From positions 262,451-326,450 of the forward strand of contig DATNPJ010000034.1 of NCBI GenBank assembly GCA_036703295.1: a stretch of 64,000 nt of DNA, in the 5' to 3' direction. The translations under genes and the position numbers were made by a program. Below the pieces are notes generated by a model. It saw nothing but the letters and a program-made list of their open reading frames with translations. It did no database searches and had not been told where the DNA came from. Positions 9,513 to 21,455 of this stretch are shown here, one piece after another (the stretch's first letter is position 1; the number at the start of each line of letters is the position of its first letter). This stretch comes from Coleofasciculaceae cyanobacterium (GTDB lineage: Bacteria > Cyanobacteriota > Vampirovibrionia > Vampirovibrionales > Vampirovibrionaceae).

Positions 9513-10868
9513 ATGTCTACCGAGTCCGTTCAAGCAGCATCCGCCAGTGGGACTTCTCCGCTGAAGCAAGTCTACATTGAAGACATCAGTCGGCATGAAG
9601 GCCAGCAAGTGACTTTGCGGGGCTGGATTTACAACAAGCGCTCCAGCGGCAAGCTGCATTTTTTGCAGGTGCGGGACGGCACCGGGGTGATCCAGTGCGT
9701 GGTGTTCAAGGGCGATGTGTCTCCCGAGGTGTTCGAGGCCGCCGAGCATGTCGGCCAGGAATCCTCCGTGGAAGTGACCGGTCTGGTGAAGGAAGACAAG
9801 CGCTCTCCGCTGGGCTTTGAGCTGGGCGTGACCGATTTCAAGGTCCTGCAACCGGCAACCGATTACCCCATCAGCCCCAAGGAACACGGGGTGGCCTTCC
9901 TGATGGATCATCGCCATCTCTGGCTGCGCTCGTCGCGCCAACATGCCATCATTCGCATCCGGGCGGAGATTATCCGGGCGGTTCGCAATTATTTTGATGG
10001 TCAGGGCTTCACCCTGATCGACGCGCCTATTTTTACCCCCAGTGCCTGCGAAGGTACTACCAACCTGTTTGAAACCGAGTACTTCGATGAAAAGGCGTAC
10101 CTCACCCAGAGCGGACAGCTCTACATGGAGGCCGGGGCGGCAGCGTTTGGCAAAGTCTATTGCTTCGGGCCGACTTTTCGGGCGGAAAAATCCAAAACCC
10201 GCCGCCATCTCACCGAATTCTGGATGGTAGAGCCGGAAGTGGCCTTTATGGACCTGGCTGGCGATATGGATCTGGCCGAGGATTTTGTGGCGTTTATCGT
10301 TCAGCAGGTGCTGCGCAACCGCCGCCCGGAACTGGAACTGCTGGAACGGGACATCAGCAAGCTGGAGGCCATTCAAAAGCCTTTCCCCCGCGTGACCTAC
10401 GATGAGGCCATCGAGATCATCCGGCAGCACGGGACGGAGCCTGAACACAAGAATTTTCCGTGGGGCGAGGATTTCGGCGGTGATGAGGAGACCATTATTT
10501 CCAACCGCTTTGATCGCCCGGTGCTGATCCATCATTATCCGGCTGAAATCAAGGCGTTTTACATGAAGGCGGATCCGCAGAATCCGAAGCTGGCCTTGAA
10601 TGTAGACATGATTGCGCCCGAAGGCTACGGTGAAATCATTGGGGGCGGGCAGCGCGAGGAGGATTTAGACGTGCTGTTGGGTAAAATTCAGGCGCATGGC
10701 TTGCCGATGGACGCGTTTGAATGGTACCTGGATTTGCGCAAGTACGGTAGTTTCCCGCATTCCGGCTTCGGACTGGGAATTGAACGCACCGTCGCCTGGA
10801 TCTGCGGTCTGCACCATGTTCGCGAAACCATTCCCTTCCCCCGCCTGATGGAGCGTCTGCGCCCCTGA
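9513..10868 (+). CDS. asnS: asparagine--tRNA ligase
   Basis: OB-fold ([22 protein letters not shown]), [50 protein letters not shown]. Confidence 0.95.
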   Translation: MSTESVQAASASGTSPLKQVYIEDISRHEGQQVTLRGWIYNKRSSGKLHFLQVRDGTGVIQCVVFKGDVSPEVFEAAEHVGQESSVEVTGLVKEDKRSPLGFELGVTDFKVLQPATDYPISPKEHGVAFLMDHRHLWLRSSRQHAIIRIRAEIIRAVRNYFDGQGFTLIDAPIFTPSACEGTTNLFETEYFDEKAYLTQSGQLYMEAGAAAFGKVYCFGPTFRAEKSKTRRHLTEFWMVEPEVAFMDLAGDMDLAEDFVAFIVQQVLRNRRPELELLERDISKLEAIQKPFPRVTYDEAIEIIRQHGTEPEHKNFPWGEDFGGDEETIISNRFDRPVLIHHYPAEIKAFYMKADPQNPKLALNVDMIAPEGYGEIIGGGQREEDLDVLLGKIQAHGLPMDAFEWYLDLRKYGSFPHSGFGLGIERTVAWICGLHHVRETIPFPRLMERLRP

Positions 10869-11740
10869 GAATCCGTTGCTGGCGGCTTTGGCAATAGGAA
10901 ATGCTTGAAGAACAATTTGAAGTCCATGTGGATGCCCACATCCGTATTATGGGGATCCCGGAGCGAGATTTGCTGGTTGGGGAGATCAATCGTTTCAACC
11001 GCAAAGCCATGGGTGCCACGTATTTTGTCCCCGAGATCCAGGAATTTGTTCTCTGTTACAGGTTGCTTGGTGAAAGTGGTCATAACATACCGGTCAGGAT
11101 TGTCGGCATACCGCTCGAATGCTTTTAAAGCGGTTTCCGTATTAGCGATACGGACTGGTTCTATTTGCCAGCCGGTGAAGTCCCCGATAACTTTAGAAGA
11201 AGAGTAATGATATTCCTTGCTGTTATAAACATCTAAAACCTTGTGGTCCGGTATTTTCCTATATTTCAGAGGATGTAACGTCTTCATGAGCCTGGCATAA
11301 GCTACCTCAAGGATTCTGGCTTCCAGGCTGCCACGCACTTGTTTAGGTTGGAACCCTTCCATCATTTTCCGCTGATCTCTGATTTCTGCAGCACGCACAG
11401 GAATCTTGAGGTGAGGGTATGGTTTGAATTCAATCAGGAAATCGCCATTTTTCTGAGGGTGAATCATCCGGGACAGTAGTCGGGTGCCTGTTCGATTGCG
11501 CGACAAGGCAAAGAGGACGCTTAACAACTGGCAATCATTCAAGGCCCCTTGCGCCAGGTGTAAGGACTTTATATTGGACGGCATCGATCGAACGTGCAAA
11601 TTTCTGGCGGTTTTGCCAAAACCTACAGTGTCTTGAGTGTTGGTTCGTCTTGTCGTCAGGCTTTGTGGCGCCCCTTTGGAGCCCCTAAAGGGATCAGAGG
11701 TGTCCTGTACCCACTTGAAGGAATGTACTGACAGGGACAT
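10688..11740 (-). CDS. calpain-like (clan CA) cysteine peptidase; 3' end overlaps asnS
   Basis: [11 protein letters not shown] resembles the calpain QG.LGDCW motif; LE.AYA; HGFAV (His); LRDPH where calpains have LRNPW; F..F.KHF terminal motif. Confidence 0.6.
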   Translation of the reverse strand: MSLSVHSFKWVQDTSDPFRGSKGAPQSLTTRRTNTQDTVGFGKTARNLHVRSMPSNIKSLHLAQGALNDCQLLSVLFALSRNRTGTRLLSRMIHPQKNGDFLIEFKPYPHLKIPVRAAEIRDQRKMMEGFQPKQVRGSLEARILEVAYARLMKTLHPLKYRKIPDHKVLDVYNSKEYHYSSSKVIGDFTGWQIEPVRIANTETALKAFERYADNPDRYVMTTFTKQPVTENKFLDLGDKIRGTHGFAVETIDLPNQQISLRDPHNTDVGIHMDFKLFFKHFLLPKPPATDSQGRRRSIRRGKGMVSRTWCRPQIQATVRSIPSPKPECGKLPYLRKSRYHSNASIGKPCA

Positions 11741-11929
11741 TATGCTTTTCTCACTTACTTTGAATAAAATATTAACTAAGCTACTACATTTGACGCAAGA
11801 AATGTAAATTTTCGGGTAGTTTAGGTCAGGGCGCTTGCATTCCCGAGAAGCATATCCTTCCGAACAGTTTCATTCGGACAGAGGATAAGGAGCGGATCGT
11901 AAAGAGGGTATGCTTCCAGAGAGGAAGGC

Positions 11930-11956
11930 TAAACTTTTGCCGAATTCTGCCGAAAA
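11930..11956 (+). promoter_or_regulatory. sigma-28 (FliA)-type promoter of the tad operon
   Basis: TAAACTTT-N11-GCCGAAAA, 7/8 and 7/8 matches to TAAAGTTT-N11-GCCGATAA, about 100 nt upstream of cpaB. Confidence 0.75.
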
Positions 11957-12054
11957 TACCCTGGTGACGAACCCCTGGTAATGAGCCAAGGTTTCCAAGG
12001 AGCCGCGCTCCGATTCAACGTCGGATGCTCGCAAGTGGAAAGGTAAGACCGTAC

Positions 12055-13107
12055 ATGCCAGCGCCCCGTAAACCCAAGAAAGTTCTCATCCAGTTCGCGA
12101 TTGCCCTGGTGGTCGCTGCCGTGCTGGGCATTGGCGCCGTGATTGCCGGCTTCTCCGTGATCATGTCGATTAATGATGGCGCGACCAAGGCGCAGGAGGA
12201 AGCAAAACAGGCAGCGGCAGAGGCCAAGGCGGAACTTGACAGAATTAAGAAGCAGAATGAGAAGCCTGTGGTGGAGGCGCCCCAGGAATTCGAAATTGTT
12301 CAGGCGGTTGGCGAAATCAAGCAGGGTGAGCCAATCACTCAGGGTAAATTGACCAAGCTTACAGTGAAAGAACGTCCGATGCCGGGTACTATCGAGAATT
12401 TGTCCCAGGCGGTCGGTAAAATCTCCAAGGTGCGGATCATTGAAGGTGAAATCCTGAATATGAGTAAGCTGATTGATTCCTCCAGCATGCTGAACGTTGA
12501 TACCGGCATGCGGGCCATTACCATCAACGTGGATAACATCGGCAGCCTGAACGGGGCTTTGATGCCCGGTATGCGGGTGGATGTTCTGGCCACGGTCAAG
12601 CAGGACGAGAAAGTGGTCACCCGCACCATGTTGCAAAACATCCAGGTGATAGGCGTTGGCAGTGGCGGTGCGGCGGCGGGGCCTGCAATGCCGACAATGC
12701 CGGCGGCATTGAGCTCCAAAATTCCCGCTCAGGTCAGTGCTCCCAGCGGTGGGGGGGCTGCCAGTGCAGTGACGTTCTTGGTCAGTCCCAAGCAAGCCGA
12801 GCTGCTGTCACTGGCCAACCAGACATCCCAGATTCATCTGACTTTACGCAACTACGGCGACAAGCAGGTAACGAAGGTGATGGGTGCTGATGTCAGTGTG
12901 CTGATGACCGGCATTGAGAGCGACACCGTCAAGAAATCGTTGCCTAATATGCCTTTCCCGCCGGGTGACAGTGGTTTTCATAATGTTAATTACGCGCCGG
13001 GCGGCAATCTGCCCAATCCGCCGGATGCCGTCGGTTCGTCAAAGAACAAGTTCAGTATGCGCATCTATCGGGGCACTGGCGCGGAAACCGTGGATTTTGA
13101 GCAGTGA
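12055..13107 (+). CDS. cpaB: Flp pilus assembly protein CpaB/RcpC
   Basis: N-terminal TM helix, SAF-like domain, GMRAITINVD...GAL.PG.RVDVL, T..MLQNI.V, VTFLVSP.QAE.L.LA. First gene of the tad cluster. Confidence 0.9.
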   Translation: MPAPRKPKKVLIQFAIALVVAAVLGIGAVIAGFSVIMSINDGATKAQEEAKQAAAEAKAELDRIKKQNEKPVVEAPQEFEIVQAVGEIKQGEPITQGKLTKLTVKERPMPGTIENLSQAVGKISKVRIIEGEILNMSKLIDSSSMLNVDTGMRAITINVDNIGSLNGALMPGMRVDVLATVKQDEKVVTRTMLQNIQVIGVGSGGAAAGPAMPTMPAALSSKIPAQVSAPSGGGAASAVTFLVSPKQAELLSLANQTSQIHLTLRNYGDKQVTKVMGADVSVLMTGIESDTVKKSLPNMPFPPGDSGFHNVNYAPGGNLPNPPDAVGSSKNKFSMRIYRGTGAETVDFEQ

Positions 13108-13132
13108 TGGACTTGGAAGAGCAGAGGAAGAC

Positions 13133-14650
13133 ATGAGTATGAGTGGGAGACGAGGAGCACGCATCGTGCCGGTAGCGATGGCCATCGCTATTGTGGCTCA
13201 GTTGCTGCCGGTTGTGACTTTGGCAGGCGAGGGTCCGGCAAAATCGACTGCTTATTCCGGCCAATTGCAAGGGGTTGGGTTTGATATCCCGATGCCGAAA
13301 GCTGGCAAAACTGCAGCAAAAAGCGATGATGACAAGTCCGGCTACGCTTTTCAGCAGTTGGATGAAGAGGGGGATGCGTCCCTGTCTTCGGGAAAGACAC
13401 TGCAAGGAACCGTGACCAGCATCAACGTGACGCGTGGTCGCTCACAAATCGTCAAGTTTGCCCAACCCATCATGCGCATGTCGATTGCCCAGCCTGATGT
13501 TGCGGATGTGATTCCGCTGGCTCCCGATCAAATCATGATCAACGGAAAGCTGCGCGGGGTGACTTCGCTCATTGTCTGGGATGAGAACGGTCAGGAAGGC
13601 ATCTTTGACCTCTACGTGCAAAACGATACCAGCGAGTTGCTGGAGGCGGTCAAGGCCGTGGCTCCCCGCGAGAAAATTCAGGCACGGGTAACGGATGACT
13701 CTTTCATCCTGACGGGGCAGGTGTCCAGCAGCGTGACCCTGGATGAAATCCGCAAGACTGCGGCGGCCTATGGCTACCGCGAGGACAAATTTATCGATCT
13801 GACCGATACGCCGGTACCCCAGGTGATGCTGGAAGTCAAAATGGTGGAAGCCAACCGCAGTGTCGGGCGGCAGTTGAAGACTTCCTTCAATCTGGAAAAT
13901 TCCAACCAGGCATTCAATGCCGTGCGTTTAGCCAATCCCATCGATGGCAAGGTTCTTGAGGGAGCCGCCCGTCAGACTAGCGGCTTAAGGGCTGATCGCT
14001 TGTTCAGGACGGGCTCGTCTCCCCTGAACAATATTGCGCTTAGCCAGGCAGGCGGCAATGTGGGTGGCCTTACCGGTTCCATGTATTGGGGCAAGCATTT
14101 CCAGAGCGTGTGGGACCTGTTGGAAACAAAGGGGAAGATCAACACGCTGGCCAACCCCACTCTGGTCTGTACTCACGGCCGTTCGGCCAGCTTCCTGGCT
14201 GGTGGTGAATTCCCCTTTGTCGGTTCCGTGGATGCCAACGGCAGTCCGATTGTATCGTATAAGGAATTTGGGGTGAAGCTCAATTTTACCCCCTGGATTG
14301 CCATCAAGTCCGGCCGGATCGAACTGACAGTTCAGCCCGAAGTCAGCAGCGTCGATTCATCCCATTGTGTCACTTCGACTTCCGGTAATCAGGTCTGCGG
14401 TATTTTGAAGCGGACCACCAATACGACCGTTGAATTGATGGATGGTGAAAGTTTGATGATTTCGGGGATTCTAAGCCGCGAAGAACAGAACACCTTTGCC
14501 AATGTCCCTTTCATCGCCAGCGTGCCAATTCTGGGCAACATGTTCAGAAATGCGAACATGTCCAAGAACGATAGCGAACTGATTGTGATTGTGACCCCGC
14601 ACATCATCAAATCGAGCGATTACGGCAGAATCCTGGGCGCTGCCCAATAG
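13133..14650 (+). CDS. cpaC: Tad secretin RcpA/CpaC
   Basis: Signal peptide; pilus-N domain (GRSQIV.F...I.R.SIA.PDVADV); QV.LEVK.VE; LANPTL...GRSASFLAGGEFP; EFGVKL.FTP; P...S.PILG.MFR; ELIVIVTP. Confidence 0.9.
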   Translation: MSMSGRRGARIVPVAMAIAIVAQLLPVVTLAGEGPAKSTAYSGQLQGVGFDIPMPKAGKTAAKSDDDKSGYAFQQLDEEGDASLSSGKTLQGTVTSINVTRGRSQIVKFAQPIMRMSIAQPDVADVIPLAPDQIMINGKLRGVTSLIVWDENGQEGIFDLYVQNDTSELLEAVKAVAPREKIQARVTDDSFILTGQVSSSVTLDEIRKTAAAYGYREDKFIDLTDTPVPQVMLEVKMVEANRSVGRQLKTSFNLENSNQAFNAVRLANPIDGKVLEGAARQTSGLRADRLFRTGSSPLNNIALSQAGGNVGGLTGSMYWGKHFQSVWDLLETKGKINTLANPTLVCTHGRSASFLAGGEFPFVGSVDANGSPIVSYKEFGVKLNFTPWIAIKSGRIELTVQPEVSSVDSSHCVTSTSGNQVCGILKRTTNTTVELMDGESLMISGILSREEQNTFANVPFIASVPILGNMFRNANMSKNDSELIVIVTPHIIKSSDYGRILGAAQ

Positions 14651-14680
14651 TTTCCGGAAATCTGGAGAAAATTCCAAATC

Positions 14681-15916
14681 ATGGCCGAACATCTGACAGT
14701 CCTGATCATCGACGAGGATGCCGCGAACCGGGCGTTGATCCGTGACACGCTGTCCGAGAACCAGAACGTGGAAATCCTGGCGGAAACGGACAGCCTGGTA
14801 TACGGCTATGAGCTGATTCGCCAGAACCGGCCCAAAATGGTGTTCATGGATCTTCGCCAGGATCCAGGCAAGGCGCTGGACATGGCCCGGCGCGTTTCCT
14901 CCTTTTTTAACGAAGTTCTGATGATCGCCTCGGGCGATACGATGAGCCTGGATATGATCAAAGCCTGCATGGAGGCCGGTGTTCGGGATTTCCTGCAACG
15001 GCCACTGCAAGCGGCTGATATTCGGAGCATCATCGATAAGCACAAAATGGCCCTGGTGGCGGATAACAAGGCGGGTGACCGCACCGGACGCATCGTGACA
15101 GTTTTCAGTAACAAGGGTGGCTTGGGTAAAACCACCATTGCCGTCAATTTGGCCATCGCCTTGTCCGAGACCGTCGGGAAACCCGTGGCCCTGGTCGATT
15201 TGAACCTGCAATTGGGGGACATCACCACTTTCCTGGATGTGGAACCCAAGCAGACCATTGTGGATATTGCGCGCAACATCGGGCGGGTCGATGCCGCCTA
15301 CCTCGAAAGCTCGCTGGCCCAGTTTGTCTGCCCCACCAACGGGGCGACCCTGCATGTGCTGGCCGATCCGCTGCACGTGGAAGACGCGGAGGAACTGACC
15401 GCCGATCAGATTAACGCGGTGTTGACCGTGCTTCGGGCGTCGTTTGAATACGTGGTGATTGATACGACCACTTCATTTGACACCAAGACCTTGGCCGCCT
15501 TGGATTTGGCGGATCATATCCTGCTGGTTTCCATGGTGAACCTGCCCAGTATCCGTAGCAGCCAGCGTTTGTTGAAATTGTTTGAACGCCTGGGTTACGA
15601 GGAACAAAAGATCAAGCTGACGCTGAATCGTTATATGCCGGACGAAGAGATCACCGTGGATGACGTGGAAGAGACATTGGAACACCAAGTTTTCTGGAAA
15701 ATCCCCAACGCCTACCAGGTGGTGATGACGGCCATCAACCGGGGGATTCCGATTGCCATGGTCGACAACGGACATAACATGCAGAAGAATTTCCTGGATT
15801 TTGCCGCCAAGCTGACTGGGGTTGTGCGTCCCACCACGAATGCCGGGTCGGCTGCCGCGCCCCAGCAGAAGAAAGAATCGAAGAGTATGCTGGGTGGGCT
15901 TTTTGGAAAACGTTGA
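14681..15916 (+). CDS. cpaE: pilus assembly protein CpaE/TadZ (receiver domain plus ParA/MinD-like ATPase)
   Basis: N-terminal REC domain (IIDED, VFMDL); KGGLGKTT deviant Walker A; LVDLNLQLGD; follows the secretin. Confidence 0.88.
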   Translation: MAEHLTVLIIDEDAANRALIRDTLSENQNVEILAETDSLVYGYELIRQNRPKMVFMDLRQDPGKALDMARRVSSFFNEVLMIASGDTMSLDMIKACMEAGVRDFLQRPLQAADIRSIIDKHKMALVADNKAGDRTGRIVTVFSNKGGLGKTTIAVNLAIALSETVGKPVALVDLNLQLGDITTFLDVEPKQTIVDIARNIGRVDAAYLESSLAQFVCPTNGATLHVLADPLHVEDAEELTADQINAVLTVLRASFEYVVIDTTTSFDTKTLAALDLADHILLVSMVNLPSIRSSQRLLKLFERLGYEEQKIKLTLNRYMPDEEITVDDVEETLEHQVFWKIPNAYQVVMTAINRGIPIAMVDNGHNMQKNFLDFAAKLTGVVRPTTNAGSAAAPQQKKESKSMLGGLFGKR

Positions 15917-15956
15917 AAGTCGGAAAAACACTGAGCAAGAGGAACGCTGAAGGTTT

Positions 15957-17441
<1,485 letters not shown>

Positions 17442-17457
17442 TCCGAGAGCCTGATCC

Positions 17458-18462
17458 ATGTCGATTGAGTTAACCCTGATTCTGATTCTGGTTTTCGCCG
17501 GACTGGCCACGCTGGCCGTGGGCTCTGCCGTGTTCTTCTTCCAGCGGTACAGCAATCCGGAGCCATCGGTGATCCAGCAGCGGCTGATCCGAATCAAGGC
17601 GAAACAGCAGCAGCAGGACAAGCAGGCGGAAACCGAGGCAATGCAGCGGTTTTCCAAGTTGTATAAAGAGGGTGGTTATAACAACGAGAACCTGGGCAAG
17701 CAGCTCGAACAGCTCAACTTTTTCAATCACCTGAAAACCATGATGCAACAGGCCGGCATGAAAACCCCACCGGACAAGTATTTCATTACCAGCATGCTGA
17801 TGCCTTCCATTCTGTTGATGGTGCTGGGACTGGCGATTGGTATGTTCCCACTGGCGCTGCTAGGTCCAGGCGCTGGGGTTTTGGCTTATTTTGTGGTGGT
17901 TTTCAAGCGCGGCAAGCGCTTCGATAAATTCGTCACCCAGTTGCCGGACGCCCTCTCCATGATCACCAGCGCCCTGCGGGCCGGGCATTCCTTCCAGTCA
18001 GCGCTTGGCGTGGTCGCAACCGAGTTGGCGGATCCCATCGGGTCCGAGTTCTCGAATATCGTACGGGATATTAACCTGGGGATTCCGGTGAAAGAAGCTT
18101 TGAATCGTATGGTCGGCAAGCTGGACGCCCTGCCCGATGTGCGCATGTTTGCAACCGCCGTCCTGATTCAACGGGAGGCGGGCGGGAACCTGGCCGAGAT
18201 TCTGGAGAAATTGGGCTACACCATTCGGGAACGCTTCAAACTGAAGGGGCAAATTGCTTCGCTGACCGGTCAGGCCCGATTGACCGGTTACGTTTTGGGT
18301 GGCGCGCCCGCCTTTCTGCTCGTGGGCTTGTCGCTCTTTATGTACAGTTACGTTAAACCCTTGTGGGAAACGGATTTGGGTCATGCTTTGCTGATTCTGG
18401 CCGTGATTATGCAGGGGATTGGATTTTTTATCATGAAAAAAATCGTCGACATCCGGGTGTAG
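17458..18462 (+). CDS. tadB: Tad inner-membrane platform protein TadB
   Basis: QLPDAL.MI.SALRAGHSF, GGNLAEILEKL..TIRER.KL.GQI.SLTGQAR. Confidence 0.92.
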   Translation: MSIELTLILILVFAGLATLAVGSAVFFFQRYSNPEPSVIQQRLIRIKAKQQQQDKQAETEAMQRFSKLYKEGGYNNENLGKQLEQLNFFNHLKTMMQQAGMKTPPDKYFITSMLMPSILLMVLGLAIGMFPLALLGPGAGVLAYFVVVFKRGKRFDKFVTQLPDALSMITSALRAGHSFQSALGVVATELADPIGSEFSNIVRDINLGIPVKEALNRMVGKLDALPDVRMFATAVLIQREAGGNLAEILEKLGYTIRERFKLKGQIASLTGQARLTGYVLGGAPAFLLVGLSLFMYSYVKPLWETDLGHALLILAVIMQGIGFFIMKKIVDIRV

Positions 18463-18465
18463 TGC

Positions 18466-19458
18466 ATGGATAAGACAGCCGCCACAGAAATCCTGAGTCC
18501 AAACCATATCGTGTTGCTGATTATCGGCGGCATTATTCTGATCCTCTCCATTTTTGGCGTGCTGGCGGTGCTGATCTCCATTTTGAACTACCAGGAAACT
18601 CCCGTACGCGATCGTCTGATGATGCTGAAAGACAAAGGGGCCACTTTCGAAGCGGGACAACGCAATTCCGGCGCGTTTGATGATCTGAAAGAGGCGCTGC
18701 TGACATATTCCGGCCCCATTTCCCAAAAACTTTACGGCGAGAACCAAAAGCTCCAGAAAGAGATTAAGCAGTTGCTGACGGAAGCCGGACTGCCGGACAC
18801 GGAAACCCATGTCTGGGCATTCTTGACCAACATGGTGGCGGCGGGTTTGGCTTTGGGCATCATTATGGGCGCGTTGGGCCTGTTGGTATCGGGATTCAAC
18901 GTGGCAATGGCTGCGGTCGGTCTGCTGGTCGGGTTTATTGTGGGAACCAAGCTCCCCAAGTTCCAGTTGCATGGCCGGACCAAAAGCCGTAAAACCGAGA
19001 TCCGGTTCGCCTTGCCCGATACGTTGGACCTGATGGTGGTTTGCGTGGAGGCCGGTCTCGGGCTGGACTCCACCATTCAGCGGGTGGCCGAGGAAACCGA
19101 ACGCATGGCGCCCGAAATTTCCCAGGAATTCAAGCGACTGAACAAGGAACTGAACGCCGGTATTTCTCGAATAGAGGCATTCCAGAACATGGGACAGCGG
19201 GCGGGAGTGGATGAACTCCGTTCGTTATGCGCCATGATTGTCCAGGCCGACAAGATGGGGACCAGCATTTCCGATACCTTGCGGGTGTATGCCGACGATT
19301 TGCGGGTTAAGCGGAAGCAGAAGGCGGAAGAACTCGCCTCCAAGGCCAGCATCAAGATGACGTTTCCGCTGGTCCTGTTTATTTTTCCGCCCATGTTCAT
19401 CGTGCTGATCGGTCCCACGGTCATTATGGCCATCCAGCAGTTCTTCCCCTCCAAATAG
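18466..19458 (+). CDS. tadC: Tad inner-membrane platform protein TadC
   Basis: LPDTLDLMVVCVEAGLGLD, Q.DKMGTSISDTLRV.ADD.R.KR.QKAEE.A.KAS.KM.FPLVLFIFP. Confidence 0.92.
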   Translation: MDKTAATEILSPNHIVLLIIGGIILILSIFGVLAVLISILNYQETPVRDRLMMLKDKGATFEAGQRNSGAFDDLKEALLTYSGPISQKLYGENQKLQKEIKQLLTEAGLPDTETHVWAFLTNMVAAGLALGIIMGALGLLVSGFNVAMAAVGLLVGFIVGTKLPKFQLHGRTKSRKTEIRFALPDTLDLMVVCVEAGLGLDSTIQRVAEETERMAPEISQEFKRLNKELNAGISRIEAFQNMGQRAGVDELRSLCAMIVQADKMGTSISDTLRVYADDLRVKRKQKAEELASKASIKMTFPLVLFIFPPMFIVLIGPTVIMAIQQFFPSK

Positions 19459-19492
19459 CGATCGCTGCCGCTGATTCGGCTAGAATAACGCT

Positions 19493-20314
19493 ATGCCACT
19501 ATTCACCCATAACACGCTGCGCCTGACCGAGCGCCGGATTCCCCTTCAGCGGTTGCCCCAGGCATTCGAGGGGCTTAAAATCGCGCAGATTTCGGACCTG
19601 CATTTTTACGAATATACCGATCACGCCTATTACGACCGCGTGGTGGAAGCCGTCAACGCGATGGCGCCGGATGTCATCGTGTTAACCGGCGATGTGGTGC
19701 ATTACGGTCCGGATTTTATTCCGGCGGCGGGGGCTTTTTTGAGGCGGTTGGAGGCCCGGCATGCCCGGCTGGCGATTCTGGGCAACCATGATTACCAGGA
19801 CGGGGCCATGAGTCGTCATATTGCCGCCATGTACGCCGACATCGGCTTTGAGTTGCTGGTCAACCAAAGCCGGGCCATCGAACAGGACGGCCATCGCCTT
19901 TGGTTTGCCGGGCTGGATGACTTGTACTACGGCGAGCCGGATATCGCGCGGGCACTTTCGGGTGTTCCCACGCAAGATGAGATGACCATTATGCTGGCGC
20001 ACAACCCGCTGCTGTTTGATCCGGTGGCCCTGGCAGGGCAAGGCCGGGTGGATTTGGTGATTTCCGGGCATACTCATGCCGGGCATATCTATATTCCCCC
20101 GCTGGGGCCGATTTACCGCAAGGTGTTCCGCATGAAGTACCGTTACGGCCTGTACGAGAAAAACGGCTGCCAGCTGCATGTGACCAGCGGCGTGGGCTCC
20201 GCTGCGTTTTATCTCAAAAAACACCGCATCGGCTTCCCCCGCCTCCGCTTCAATACCCACCCGGAAATCGCGGTGTTGGAGCTGGTTTCCGGAGATGTCA
20301 TCGCTTCAGTGTAG
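19493..20314 (+). CDS. calcineurin-like metallophosphoesterase (YkuE-like)
   Basis: SDLH, LTGDVV, LGNHD, LAHNP and SGHTHAG metal-binding motifs. Confidence 0.88.
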   Translation: MPLFTHNTLRLTERRIPLQRLPQAFEGLKIAQISDLHFYEYTDHAYYDRVVEAVNAMAPDVIVLTGDVVHYGPDFIPAAGAFLRRLEARHARLAILGNHDYQDGAMSRHIAAMYADIGFELLVNQSRAIEQDGHRLWFAGLDDLYYGEPDIARALSGVPTQDEMTIMLAHNPLLFDPVALAGQGRVDLVISGHTHAGHIYIPPLGPIYRKVFRMKYRYGLYEKNGCQLHVTSGVGSAAFYLKKHRIGFPRLRFNTHPEIAVLELVSGDVIASV

Positions 20315-20339
20315 GTACTCTCTTGCGTCCCGCCTTGGG

Positions 20340-21320
20340 TTAAGTAGTTTGCTGCTGGCTGGTTATTTTGCTGTCTGCATGCCTGCCTGAAAAGCCCAAA
20401 TAAACCACCAGAAACACGGCCGAAGCAACGGCGACCGCAGTGCGTTCCGTCGATCCGACGTTACGATTGAGGGAAATCATGCCTTCAATCAGCCCGGCAA
20501 TCACCAGCAGCGGCACACAACCCAGGATCAGCACCAGAGATTCCTTGGCTTTCAGTCTCACGGCCTGCCAGCGGGGCAGATCACCGGGAAACAACAGCGT
20601 GAACCCAATCAGCATACCAGCGGCCCCGGCGATAAAAATGGTGCTCAGCTCAATCACGCCGTGGGCAGTGATGAAATTTAGCAACCTCCCACCCATGCCA
20701 TGCTGAATACAAACCTGAAGCGGCCCCCCGAAGGCGAACAATCCGTTATGCAGCAGCAACAATAAACTGCCCACGCCGAAGACAATCCCGAAAGCAAAGG
20801 CGTTGAAGGCCACCCGGATGTTGTTGGTCATCAGGAAGCTGGATTCCGACGGGTTGGCCTGGGTGCGATCCGTCCACAGCACGCCTTGGTCCAGTTGCGC
20901 GATGACCGGGGGTGGCAGGAAAAACGTTTCGGTTTCCGGGTTTGTGCGCACGATGATCATGGCGATGGCCGAGCCCAGCAGGAACATGAAAGTCGCCAGA
21001 ATAATCAGCATGATGTTTTTGCGGAAACAGCGGGGAAACTCGATCAAGAAAAAATTCGACACATCCTGGAAACGGGCGGGCGGATGTTCGTATACCCGGC
21101 CATGACCACGCTGTACCAGGTTGTTCAGATAAGGCTCCAGATGCTGGAACTCGGGCGAAGCCTGTGCGCGGGACAGATCGGTGACCGCCTCGCGATATAA
21201 CGTAGCCATCTCCCGGATTTCTGCTGGAGAAAGTAGGGCCACAGAATGCCTGGACTTTGCCAGCAGCGTTTCCAGCTTTTCCCAGTGGGGCTCCTGCTCG
21301 ATGAACCAGCGCTTCATCAT
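20340..21320 (-). CDS. stage II sporulation protein M (SpoIIM/DUF95) family membrane protein
   Basis: W..LE.LL, LYR....DLS.A, YLN.LV.R.H..VY, I.TNNIRVAF.AFA.G, HGVIELS.I.IAG.AG, AG.IEG. Start placed at ATG 21320, not the long ORF start. Confidence 0.82.
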   Translation of the reverse strand: MMKRWFIEQEPHWEKLETLLAKSRHSVALLSPAEIREMATLYREAVTDLSRAQASPEFQHLEPYLNNLVQRGHGRVYEHPPARFQDVSNFFLIEFPRCFRKNIMLIILATFMFLLGSAIAMIIVRTNPETETFFLPPPVIAQLDQGVLWTDRTQANPSESSFLMTNNIRVAFNAFAFGIVFGVGSLLLLLHNGLFAFGGPLQVCIQHGMGGRLLNFITAHGVIELSTIFIAGAAGMLIGFTLLFPGDLPRWQAVRLKAKESLVLILGCVPLLVIAGLIEGMISLNRNVGSTERTAVAVASAVFLVVYLGFSGRHADSKITSQQQTT

Positions 21321-21455
21321 ATGTCGGTTTTTCGTTTCCTCCTCGGGTCCAGGCTTGCCTTTCCGGATCCACTCTCCTACTATCGGTGAAAAGGGTCGGT
21401 TTTGACAAGCGTCCCTGACCAGAGAGGCACCGCGGCAACCGGACAAAGGGCTTTC

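Noticed and set aside
11810-11880. c-di-GMP-I (GEMM) riboswitch-like words on the minus strand (GAAA-loop hairpin; GCAAGCGCCCTGACCTAAAC)
   Set aside because: There is no GGCAAA junction, and the spacing between the hairpin and the GCAAAGC-like segment does not fit the consensus.
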